Shown here piece after piece: positions 55,271 through 63,312 of a stretch of DNA of 64,000 nucleotides. The notes under the pieces are model-generated. The model was not told the DNA's origin. It saw only the letters and a list, made by a program, of their open reading frames with translations, and made no database searches. Position 1 is the first letter of the stretch, and each line of letters begins with the position of its first letter. The translations under genes and the position numbers were made by a program. Location: positions 2,884-66,883 of the forward strand of contig JARIGO010000017.1 in the NCBI GenBank assembly GCA_029288805.1, given 5' to 3'. Source of the DNA: Candidatus Nomurabacteria bacterium. Lineage in GTDB: Bacteria > Patescibacteriota > Minisyncoccia > Phycocordibacterales > UBA9973.

Positions 55271-55990
55271 CTAGTCTTCGTGGGCCATTACCTCAGCGCG
55301 TTCTGATTCGATGGCATGGACGATGCGTTCCGCAATGTATTCAGCAGAATCCGCTTCAGGCATTCTGTCTTTGAAATTTTCCTCCATATGCTTGCCCGCT
55401 TCCTCGGACTTGTGTGAGTTCTTTCCGAATTCTGTAGCAGTAAGGCCCGGGTGCATGACGTTTACAATAATATTGTCCTTCTCAAGCTCCGCGCGAGCAG
55501 TCAATGAAAGGCAGTTCAATGCATATTTTGTAGAAGCGTATGCCCCAAGCATTGGAAAGTAATTCTTTGATACCAATGAGCTGATATTAAGAATATGTCC
55601 ACTGCCTTGCGCACGCATGATAGGAATAACATGCTGCATTGCCACTAACGGGCCGATCACATTCAATTCAAAAATCTTTTTGTATGCGTCAATATCAACG
55701 TCTTCAACTGCTGAATACAATCCTTGTCCAGCGTTGTTTACCAAGACATCAATACGTCCAAAATGTTCATGAACCTTGTGGATCATTTCCTTAATGTCAG
55801 TTTCGTTCGTCATGTCTGTCTGTACGGCAAATGATCCTGGGATTTCTTCGGTCAGCTTTGTAAGAATATCAATAGAGCGAGCAGCCAATGCCACCTTTGC
55901 GCCCTGCTGTGCCAAGAGTTTAGCCGTAGCCAAACCAATGCCCATACTTGCACCTGTTACAATTATTACTTTTCCTTCTACTTTTTTCAT
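55271..55990 (-). CDS. Short-chain dehydrogenase/reductase
   Basis: TGASMGIG, NNAG and YASTK. Confidence 0.95.
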   Translation of the reverse strand: MKKVEGKVIIVTGASMGIGLATAKLLAQQGAKVALAARSIDILTKLTEEIPGSFAVQTDMTNETDIKEMIHKVHEHFGRIDVLVNNAGQGLYSAVEDVDIDAYKKIFELNVIGPLVAMQHVIPIMRAQGSGHILNISSLVSKNYFPMLGAYASTKYALNCLSLTARAELEKDNIIVNVMHPGLTATEFGKNSHKSEEAGKHMEENFKDRMPEADSAEYIAERIVHAIESERAEVMAHED

Positions 55991-56009
55991 ATAGTTAGTA
56001 TACGCTAGA

Positions 56010-56642
56010 TTAGCTGATAACTTCCACTACTTCATCATACGCGCGACGAGTCTTTGGGCGAGGTGCTTCATCAGCACTGCGATATCCGACCGCAAGAATG
56101 GTCACGACAGTAAGGTTTTTTGCAGACAATCCAAGGATTTCGTCTACTTTTGCACCATCAAATCCTTCCATGGCAGCATTATCAATATTGAGCAGTGAGG
56201 CTGTTTCCATCATGGTACCAAGTGCAATATAGGTTTGCATCTTAGTCCAGTTTTGGAGTACCTCGGGTGATTTCATTGCCATTGCTCCGTCGATCATGGT
56301 TTTCATCTGCGCGAGGTCGTCAGGCGTTTTGCCTTGTGCTAGAGCTGCGCGAGCGACTAATTCCGCGGAAAGGTTTTCCGCATCGGTACGTGCCGCGATA
56401 ACGATCAAGTCTGAAGCCGCGGTAAAACGAGGCTGGTTGTACCCGGCAGTCTGAAGCTGTGCCCGCACTTCTAGGTTTTTTATAACCAAGAACTTCCATG
56501 GTTCCAATCCGAATGAGCTCGCTGCCAATCGTGCACTTTCCAAGATGGTTTGTAAGTCCGTGTCAGATACTTTCTTAGTACTGTCAAAATTGTATGTTGC
56601 ATAGCGCCATTGCAATGCTTTTGTGATATCTTCTGGTTTCAT
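56010..56642 (-). CDS. NfsB-like nitroreductase
   Basis: WRYATYNFD, AASSFGLEPWKF, AMEGFD and LAVGYRS. Confidence 0.92.
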   Translation of the reverse strand: MKPEDITKALQWRYATYNFDSTKKVSDTDLQTILESARLAASSFGLEPWKFLVIKNLEVRAQLQTAGYNQPRFTAASDLIVIAARTDAENLSAELVARAALAQGKTPDDLAQMKTMIDGAMAMKSPEVLQNWTKMQTYIALGTMMETASLLNIDNAAMEGFDGAKVDEILGLSAKNLTVVTILAVGYRSADEAPRPKTRRAYDEVVEVIS

Positions 56643-56664
56643 ATATACTCGTTTTATTATATAA

Positions 56665-56710
56665 TTGACTTATAAAGTACTTAAGTTAGTATAGTACTAT
56701 AGAAAGTATA
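56665..56710. promoter_or_regulatory. Probable operator region between nitroreductase and the HxlR regulator
   Basis: Perfect palindrome TATAGTACTATA (56690-56701) plus ACT...AGT dyads in the divergent intergenic gap. Confidence 0.45.
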
Positions 56711-56717
56711 GCACTTC

Positions 56718-57044
56718 ATGAAAAACGGTCAACACGGTCAAAAGAATATCCCCTGCACCAAGGTGATGAAAGTCATTGGTGATTACTGGACTATCAGTAT
56801 TGTGCAGGCCATCGGTTCCCACAAGCGCCGTTTTTGCGAGCTGGAACGCCTTCTTCCTGACAGTAATCCCGTTACCCTCACCTCTCGCCTTAAAGACCTT
56901 GAAAAACTTGGACTTTTATCTCGAACCAAGGATCCTAAGGATAAAGTATGCGTACACTACTCACTCACTCTTTCAGGTAAGAAGCTGGTGCCTATCGCCT
57001 CTCGCATTCAGAGTTTTGCTGAGGATTTTGTAATAGAAGTATAA
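56718..57044 (+). CDS. HxlR (DUF24) winged-helix regulator
   Basis: PC....VIGDYW, RFCEL, LTSRLKDLE..GL and V.YSLT..G; the N-terminal Cys resembles redox-sensing members. Confidence 0.92.
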   Translation: MKNGQHGQKNIPCTKVMKVIGDYWTISIVQAIGSHKRRFCELERLLPDSNPVTLTSRLKDLEKLGLLSRTKDPKDKVCVHYSLTLSGKKLVPIASRIQSFAEDFVIEV

Positions 57045-57048
57045 CGTA

Positions 57049-58296
57049 TTATTCGTACCGCAATGCATCTATAGGATTCTTGCGTCCAGCCTGACGGGCA
57101 GGATAAATACCGAAGATAAGGCCTGACAGCGTTGAGACACTCACGCCGAGAATGACGCCTGAGATTGGAAATGCAAATACCCAGCCAACAGTGGTGAATG
57201 TTGAGGCAATAAAGTATATGAGTCCTACAACGGCGGCACCAAGGGCAATGCCGATTATTCCCCCAACCAGTGTCAGCATAATGGACTCGATAAGAAACTG
57301 CTGAAGGATGTCCTTGTCTGTCGCCCCTACAGCCTTACGCAATCCTATTTCGCGCGTTCGCTCGGTCACTGCCACGAGCATGATGTTCATAATACCGATA
57401 CCACCAACGATGAGAGAGATCGACGCAATGGCTGCCAGGAATAATGTTAGGACCGACGTAATGCTTCCTACAAGAGATAAAATGTCAGCTTGGGTTTCAA
57501 TATTGAAGTCATATTTGTTCGGATCAGTAATGCCATGATCCTGTCCCAGTTCAAACTTGATACGGGATGTCACGAAGTCGATGTTGTATTGTGGGTTGGC
57601 CTGTACAAGAATGGTACTAAAGTATGAAATGCCGAGCAGTTCTTTTTGGGCAACACTGATGGGCACAATAACGATATTGCCTTCATCAACACCGAATGCC
57701 CCTGTTCCTCCCGTTGCCAGTACGCCGACTACGCGAAACGAAACGTTTTTGATGCGAATGGTCTTGTTGATAGGATTAACATACTTGCCAAACAACGTAG
57801 TCGCCAAGTCCGGACCAATGACAACGACATGGTTTTGTGAATCGACATCTGACTGAGTAAATGGATATCCTTGTCCTACCGTGAGGTTTCGTATTGCAAA
57901 CATGTTTCCAGTCACGCCTTGGAAACTTTCCGTTGCATCATTGTTGCCGTATACCACTTCGGCTTGCCCTCCTACAAGCGCAGCCACTCCTTGAATGGAT
58001 GGTTCTCTTTGCAGTGCGTCAACGTCCCGCTGTTGCAGTGTCGTAATAATCGCTCCCTGCTCAGATGCCGGAGCGCTGAACTTGCCATTACTTGGTGCTC
58101 CAGGAATGATGATAATAAGGTTTGATCCAATGCCTTGGACTTTGCCCAAAATAAGATCCTGAGCGGATTGTCCAATGGACATCAAGATGATAACGGAAGC
58201 AATACCAATAATAATACCGAGCATGGTAAGAATGGTACGAGTCTTGCTGTGTGTGAGAGAGCGTATGGCGGTTTTGAAAGCGTCTTTGTATAACAT
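57049..58296 (-). CDS. MacB-like ABC transporter permease
   Basis: LTMLGIIIGIASV and GGIGIMNIMLVAVTERTREIGLRKAVGA. Confidence 0.95.
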   Translation of the reverse strand: MLYKDAFKTAIRSLTHSKTRTILTMLGIIIGIASVIILMSIGQSAQDLILGKVQGIGSNLIIIIPGAPSNGKFSAPASEQGAIITTLQQRDVDALQREPSIQGVAALVGGQAEVVYGNNDATESFQGVTGNMFAIRNLTVGQGYPFTQSDVDSQNHVVVIGPDLATTLFGKYVNPINKTIRIKNVSFRVVGVLATGGTGAFGVDEGNIVIVPISVAQKELLGISYFSTILVQANPQYNIDFVTSRIKFELGQDHGITDPNKYDFNIETQADILSLVGSITSVLTLFLAAIASISLIVGGIGIMNIMLVAVTERTREIGLRKAVGATDKDILQQFLIESIMLTLVGGIIGIALGAAVVGLIYFIASTFTTVGWVFAFPISGVILGVSVSTLSGLIFGIYPARQAGRKNPIDALRYE

Positions 58297-58297
58297 A

Positions 58298-59002
58298 TTA
58301 TTTTAAATTTCTTACTGGACCATGCTTGGCAATAGGCTTGTCGCTTTCGACCAGACCGTCTCTGATAAAGATCATGCGATTGGCAAATTCCGCCGTTTGG
58401 GTTTCGTGGGTCACAAGAACAACGGTGCGGCCTTTTTTGTGCAAGGCATCCAAAATCTCCATAATTTGTAAGCCTGATTTGGAGTCCAAGTTACCCGTTG
58501 GTTCGTCCGCAAAAATAACATCAGGATCGGTTACCAATGCACGAGCAATGGCAATACGCTGTTTTTGACCACCGGAAAGCTTCCCTGTCTCAACGTATAG
58601 CTTTTCCTTTAAGCCGACTGAATCAACCGCTTCTTCAACGCGACGCTTTCGTTCAGCAACAGGAAGGTCGGAGTACAACAGTGGAATCTCAACGTTGTCA
58701 TATACGGTGAGACGAGCAAGGAGGTTGAATGACTGAAAGACGAAGCCCATGGCCTTGTTGCGCACTTGTGCCAATTCATGGTCACTCATCTCATCGATAC
58801 TCTTGCCAAGGAACTTGTACGAGCCCCCTGTCGGCCTATCAAGAAAACTTAAGATATGAAGTAATGTCGACTTACCTGAACCACTTGGTCCCATGATAGA
58901 AACAAACTCCCCTTTTTCAATTGAAAAGGTAATGCCTCGCAATGCCTGAGTCGGTGTGTCTTCTTCCTGATATTCTTTTGTCAGGTCCTTGAGGTCAATC
59001 AT
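58298..59002 (-). CDS. ABC transporter ATP-binding protein (LolD/MacB type)
   Basis: GPSGSGKST, LSGGQKQR and ADEPTGNLDS. Confidence 0.96.
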   Translation of the reverse strand: MIDLKDLTKEYQEEDTPTQALRGITFSIEKGEFVSIMGPSGSGKSTLLHILSFLDRPTGGSYKFLGKSIDEMSDHELAQVRNKAMGFVFQSFNLLARLTVYDNVEIPLLYSDLPVAERKRRVEEAVDSVGLKEKLYVETGKLSGGQKQRIAIARALVTDPDVIFADEPTGNLDSKSGLQIMEILDALHKKGRTVVLVTHETQTAEFANRMIFIRDGLVESDKPIAKHGPVRNLK

Positions 59003-60450
59003 TATTTTTTCAAGCCGATATTAAGCACCTGCTCTCCTGCTGTTACGCCGGAAATAATTTCTACGTTACCATTCTCATCCTGTAATCCAAGTTTTACTGG
59101 TATGTCCTTCACAACCTTGTTTTCAACGGTCTCTACGAATGTTCCGTTATCATTTTGTAGAATAGCGTATTGTGGCAATAGCAATACATTGTCCTTGTGG
59201 TTGGTAGTAATAGTAAGGTTCGCAGTTAAGCCACTCTTCATGCGAGGATCGCTGGTATCAAATGCTACTTTTATCTTGTAGCCCACTACGCCATTCGTAG
59301 TAGTTTGAGCAGGATCAATATAAAAGACTGTGCCAGTAAAGGTTTCTCCAGGAAAGGCATCGAGTGTCATTGAGACCTTATTGTTTATGGCAATCTTCCC
59401 TACATCGATTTCAGAAACCAATGCATCAACTTCAAACGCATTGCTTGAGATGATAGACACTAACGGCGTATTAGGCGAAGCAAACTGCCCTACCTTAGCA
59501 TCGAACTGTGTAATAGTGCCGCTGATTGGCGCTACTATTTCTGCATTTTGCAAACCCGCTTCCGCAGCTTGCAGTGCGGCTTGGGCGCTTTGTATCTGAG
59601 CCTGTGTCACGCTGGAGCCTGAAGTATTTGAAATCTGAGCCTGCGCATCGGCAATGGCTTTCTCGCGGTTAGCTTGTGCTGCGAGGTATGCATTTTCATT
59701 TGTGGTGTAAACGGCAGACTTGGTATTAGGAATAGAAACAGTCCACACTGTATTGCCATAACTTGTTAAGTTGCTGTCTGCGAATTGGATGTAGAGACCT
59801 TTTGTACCAAGCGGTACTGGGTTCATGCTGGCTTGCATACCAGGCACGTTTTCAAGGCCTGTAACGGAAAAAGATTCTCCTGACGTAGCGCCGGACGGAT
59901 ACATATGAATGACATAGTCTCCTGGGCCGCCGGTATAGCTTCCAGTAATAGTCGGTGCGGCTTCAGTAGTACTAACATCGTTGGGTACTGCCTGAAGATC
60001 ACTTGAAAGCAATGTGTGATATGCGTTGGCAACAAGCACGTCCTGTTGCTTTTGCACGTCTGACACGTTTACTGTCGTACTCTGACCCTGGGCAACCTCC
60101 AATGCCAAGTTGGCCTGCGCTTGTTTGATCTGAGCGTTTAGGTCACTGGTGTTGAGTCGAGCCAAGACTTGGCCTTTGGTAACAACCTGACCTACCGCGC
60201 TACTTGTTGAGGCAATAGTGCCACTGCTGCCAAAGCCTAATGCCACACTAGAAGTTGGCGTGGTACTTCCCGTTACCGCAACAGTTTCGGTGATTGGTCC
60301 TTGTGTGACCTGTACATATTGATAATTAGAATTTTTTGGCTTAACAATAGAATACACAATAAAAATCAACACAATAATCCCTATTGAGCTCCATATAATC
60401 GTCTTACGGCTAAATCTACTGAAGAATGTTTTTGAAGTTGTTTCCGGCAT
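59002..60450 (-). CDS. MacA-like membrane fusion (adaptor) protein
   Basis: TM anchor, lipoyl halves VGQVVTKGQVLARL and IVAPISGTI, and VSEIDVGKI. Confidence 0.9.
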   Translation of the reverse strand: MPETTSKTFFSRFSRKTIIWSSIGIIVLIFIVYSIVKPKNSNYQYVQVTQGPITETVAVTGSTTPTSSVALGFGSSGTIASTSSAVGQVVTKGQVLARLNTSDLNAQIKQAQANLALEVAQGQSTTVNVSDVQKQQDVLVANAYHTLLSSDLQAVPNDVSTTEAAPTITGSYTGGPGDYVIHMYPSGATSGESFSVTGLENVPGMQASMNPVPLGTKGLYIQFADSNLTSYGNTVWTVSIPNTKSAVYTTNENAYLAAQANREKAIADAQAQISNTSGSSVTQAQIQSAQAALQAAEAGLQNAEIVAPISGTITQFDAKVGQFASPNTPLVSIISSNAFEVDALVSEIDVGKIAINNKVSMTLDAFPGETFTGTVFYIDPAQTTTNGVVGYKIKVAFDTSDPRMKSGLTANLTITTNHKDNVLLLPQYAILQNDNGTFVETVENKVVKDIPVKLGLQDENGNVEIISGVTAGEQVLNIGLKK

Positions 60451-60542
60451 TTCCTTATTTTACCACGGAATTGCCGACAAAGAGTTTTGTTGACAAAATA
60501 GTGCCAAAAAGTAGTATTCAGAAAAACTTAAAAATACAACCA

Positions 60543-61055
60543 ATGAAAGTTTCTTCAAAAATAAAGAAAGAATTATGGCAACTTCGCAATAAATTCTTGC
60601 ACTTCCTATGGAAACACTCGAGGAAAAAGGAACTCACTATTGACGGGTATCTCATACAATATTTGACCTTACCATTCATCTGGACTGCATGGAAGACGCC
60701 TGAACCGTTTACGATTGGGCTATGCCTCACCCATCAGCCCAGCAAAACGGTGATGGTATTCCTGACCCACAAGGAATGTTCAACGCCAGAATTCCGATAC
60801 ACACTCTTTCACGAGTTCATCGAAGGAAACTATTTTCTTGAGAGCTTTGCTAAGGAAACCGAGCCGAAGATAAGAAGCATCATAGAGAGCTTTCCAAAGT
60901 ACTTTTCTCAAACAGTATTTGAAGCGTTTCGGAGATCACAAAAGAACAAGGAGCACCTTGCTGCTCTCGTCTTCGAACTAGACCTTGCAAGGAGAGAAAT
61001 GAAGCCAGAGGAACTAGACAACTTCATTAAGGATATATTGAAGCGCCGAATCTGA
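60543..61055 (+). CDS. Hypothetical protein with HExxE motif
   Basis: YTLFHEFIEG followed by EHLAALVFEL; promoter TTGACA-16-TAGTAT. Confidence 0.65.
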   Translation: MKVSSKIKKELWQLRNKFLHFLWKHSRKKELTIDGYLIQYLTLPFIWTAWKTPEPFTIGLCLTHQPSKTVMVFLTHKECSTPEFRYTLFHEFIEGNYFLESFAKETEPKIRSIIESFPKYFSQTVFEAFRRSQKNKEHLAALVFELDLARREMKPEELDNFIKDILKRRI

Positions 61056-61134
61056 ATCCAGAACCAGTAATTACGCTGGTTCTTTTTATTTGACATACTA
61101 TATTTTAAATTGTATTGTAATGAAAAATTAACAA

Positions 61135-61773
61135 ATGAAGCTGCCTGAAATAAAAATTACCTACAGCAAGATTCTCGACCCCATCTTCATCTGCTATACG
61201 CAAAATGACCCACAATGGAAAGACATGAATTACCAGCCGTGGACTCCCCTGCCAGAAAAAGCAGTGATGGCACATGTGGAACGGTACAAGGAAATATGGA
61301 AGAAGTACGGACCCGCTATCCTTGAAGGGATTGTTACATTCTTCGATGTCGAGTTTTATGAAAACATAATCGAGGTTTACATCGTAAACAAGAACCCGCG
61401 AGGATTTAGCAATCCGCTGATCCTGTCATGCAATTACACCGAGAATGTATTTATTATGAAGCTGACCCACGAGCTTATCCATAGGCTTTCTGAAGGAAAT
61501 AAGTTCAAGCTCGGCATGAACATGAAGCTTGCCCCCGGCTTACCCTACCTAACACAAAGCCATGTGATCGTGCATGCGGCACTAAAGTATATCTATCTCG
61601 ACATATTGAATCGGCCAGACTTGTTAGAGCAGGACATCAATCCTCCAAATGGCTACACGTTCCACGAGTATCAAGACGCCTGGAACATTGTCGAGGAAAA
61701 GGGATATAAGAATCTCATCGAGCAATTCAAGATGCTGTACAACCAGTACGGCATAAAGTCACTCTCATCATAG
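61135..61773 (+). CDS. Hypothetical zincin-like protein (HExxH)
   Basis: GFSNPLIL...LTHELIH...HVIVHA...YQDAWNIV; has its own TTGACA promoter. Confidence 0.7.
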   Translation: MKLPEIKITYSKILDPIFICYTQNDPQWKDMNYQPWTPLPEKAVMAHVERYKEIWKKYGPAILEGIVTFFDVEFYENIIEVYIVNKNPRGFSNPLILSCNYTENVFIMKLTHELIHRLSEGNKFKLGMNMKLAPGLPYLTQSHVIVHAALKYIYLDILNRPDLLEQDINPPNGYTFHEYQDAWNIVEEKGYKNLIEQFKMLYNQYGIKSLSS

Positions 61774-61836
61774 GAGTGACTTTTTTATTTGAAAACTTAG
61801 AGCTGGCTGCTTGGGACGATGCTGGAACCTTAATAC

Positions 61837-61865
61837 TTGACAATAAGTAATTAAAGTGCTACTAT
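61837..61865 (+). promoter_or_regulatory. Consensus sigma70 promoter with no downstream gene
   Basis: TTGACA-17-TACTAT with TG in the extended -10 position. Confidence 0.7.
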
Positions 61866-61871
61866 TAACCT

Positions 61872-62030
61872 AGAGCTTAGCTTAAGCTCTTTTTTCTTTG
61901 GAAGGCGATGTTTTCGGCCTCCATTTCAAAAGAATACAGAAAACCCTCGAACGTTTTGCGGTTTCTAACCTAAGAGGATCCAAGAGACCAAAATCAAACC
62001 CCTTCATCACGATGAAGGGGTTTTCTTTTT
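61872..62030 (+). ncRNA. Candidate structured small RNA
   Basis: Three successive hairpins between the promoter and terminator AAACCCCTTCATC-ac-GATGAAGGGGTTTTCTTTTT. Confidence 0.45.
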
Positions 62031-62072
62031 ATAAATAAATTCCATAATTGGCAGTTTGGGACTCGATCTTTT

Positions 62073-63311
62073 TTATGCGTTACTCCCCGCTATAAACCCT
62101 GTTGTCCAGCACAGCTGCAGTGAAAAGCCGCCGGAAGGACGAGTGATATGCAAAAGGTCGCCGGTGATGAAGAGGTTTGAAATGAATTTTGAGCGCATGG
62201 TTTTCATGTCCATTTCTGTCAGAGGAATACCGCCGTCCGCAACGACTGCACGGTCAAAGCCCATCAGACCGGTAATGGTCATTGGCAAGGCTTTCAAAAG
62301 GTTTACCAATTCCTTGCGCTGCTCTTTGGTCACGCTATGCACTTTTATTTCCTTGTCGAGATGTGGCAGCAATGAAAATACTGCGTCGATCATGCCATGC
62401 GGCACGATGTCATCAAAAATATTTTTTAGCAGTTTGTTTTTATTTGCATCAAATACTGCCATGATCTTATCGTCCAGTGCTCCATGGTCAGTATCAGGAT
62501 ATGCGTCGATAGTGGCAGTAACCTTTCCTGCCTGCAGCAAGTCAGACACTTCTCCTGCACTGTTCAAAATCAACGGACCAGAAAGTCCGAAGTGCGTGAA
62601 GAGCAACTTTCCTGTCTTGGAAAACTTTCTTTTCCCGTCTAGGTAAAAAGAAATTTTCATAAATGAAAGCGATACACCGGAAAGATTCTTGACCCATGAC
62701 TCTCGTACTGCCAATGGCACAATAGTCGGCGTCGGATTTTTGATGGTGTGGCCCAAATCTTTCAGCCATTTGAATCCGTCACCTGTCGACCCTGTTTCGG
62801 GATGAGATAAGCCACCAGTCGCTAAAATATAGGTCTTTGCTGCATAGGTCTTGCCTCCGGCTACAATGCTTGTTATAAGACCTGGCTCTTTAGACTCGAT
62901 ACGTGTTACCTCAGTACCAGTCATTATTGTTACATTTCCTGCCTTCATATATCGCTCTAATGCCTTGAACACATCAATGGATTTTTGCGTATATGGAAAT
63001 GCACGCTTGCGAGCCTCCACCACTAATGGCAAGCCCAGTCCTTCAAAAAAAGTAAACGTGTCTTTATTGCTGAATTGCGCAAATGCAGAATACAAAAACT
63101 GTTCAGCTGATTTGTAGTGTTTCAAAAATGTACGAGTGTCCTCTTCGGCGTTCGTAATATTGCATCGTCCGCCACCACTGATGCGAATTTTCTCACCGGC
63201 ATTCAGATTTTTCTCAAGAACCAATACTCGTTTTCCTAATGCTCCTGCTCGTCCTGCCGCCATCAAGCCAGATGCCCCGCCGCCTATTACAATGACGTCA
63301 TACTTGTCCAT
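62073..63311 (-). CDS. BaiN/YhiN (HI0933) family flavoprotein
   Basis: GGGASGLMAA, KIRISGGGRCNITN, ATGGLSHPETGSTGDG, LFTHFGLSGP and GGFSLQ. Confidence 0.95.
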   Translation of the reverse strand: MDKYDVIVIGGGASGLMAAGRAGALGKRVLVLEKNLNAGEKIRISGGGRCNITNAEEDTRTFLKHYKSAEQFLYSAFAQFSNKDTFTFFEGLGLPLVVEARKRAFPYTQKSIDVFKALERYMKAGNVTIMTGTEVTRIESKEPGLITSIVAGGKTYAAKTYILATGGLSHPETGSTGDGFKWLKDLGHTIKNPTPTIVPLAVRESWVKNLSGVSLSFMKISFYLDGKRKFSKTGKLLFTHFGLSGPLILNSAGEVSDLLQAGKVTATIDAYPDTDHGALDDKIMAVFDANKNKLLKNIFDDIVPHGMIDAVFSLLPHLDKEIKVHSVTKEQRKELVNLLKALPMTITGLMGFDRAVVADGGIPLTEMDMKTMRSKFISNLFITGDLLHITRPSGGFSLQLCWTTGFIAGSNA

Positions 63312-63312
63312 A

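Noticed and set aside
6014..61800. Classical integron explaining the orphan cassettes
   Set aside because: No intI, no attC-like RYYYAAC/GTTRRRY-bounded repeats seen, cassettes are dispersed in both orientations, and they carry their own promoters.
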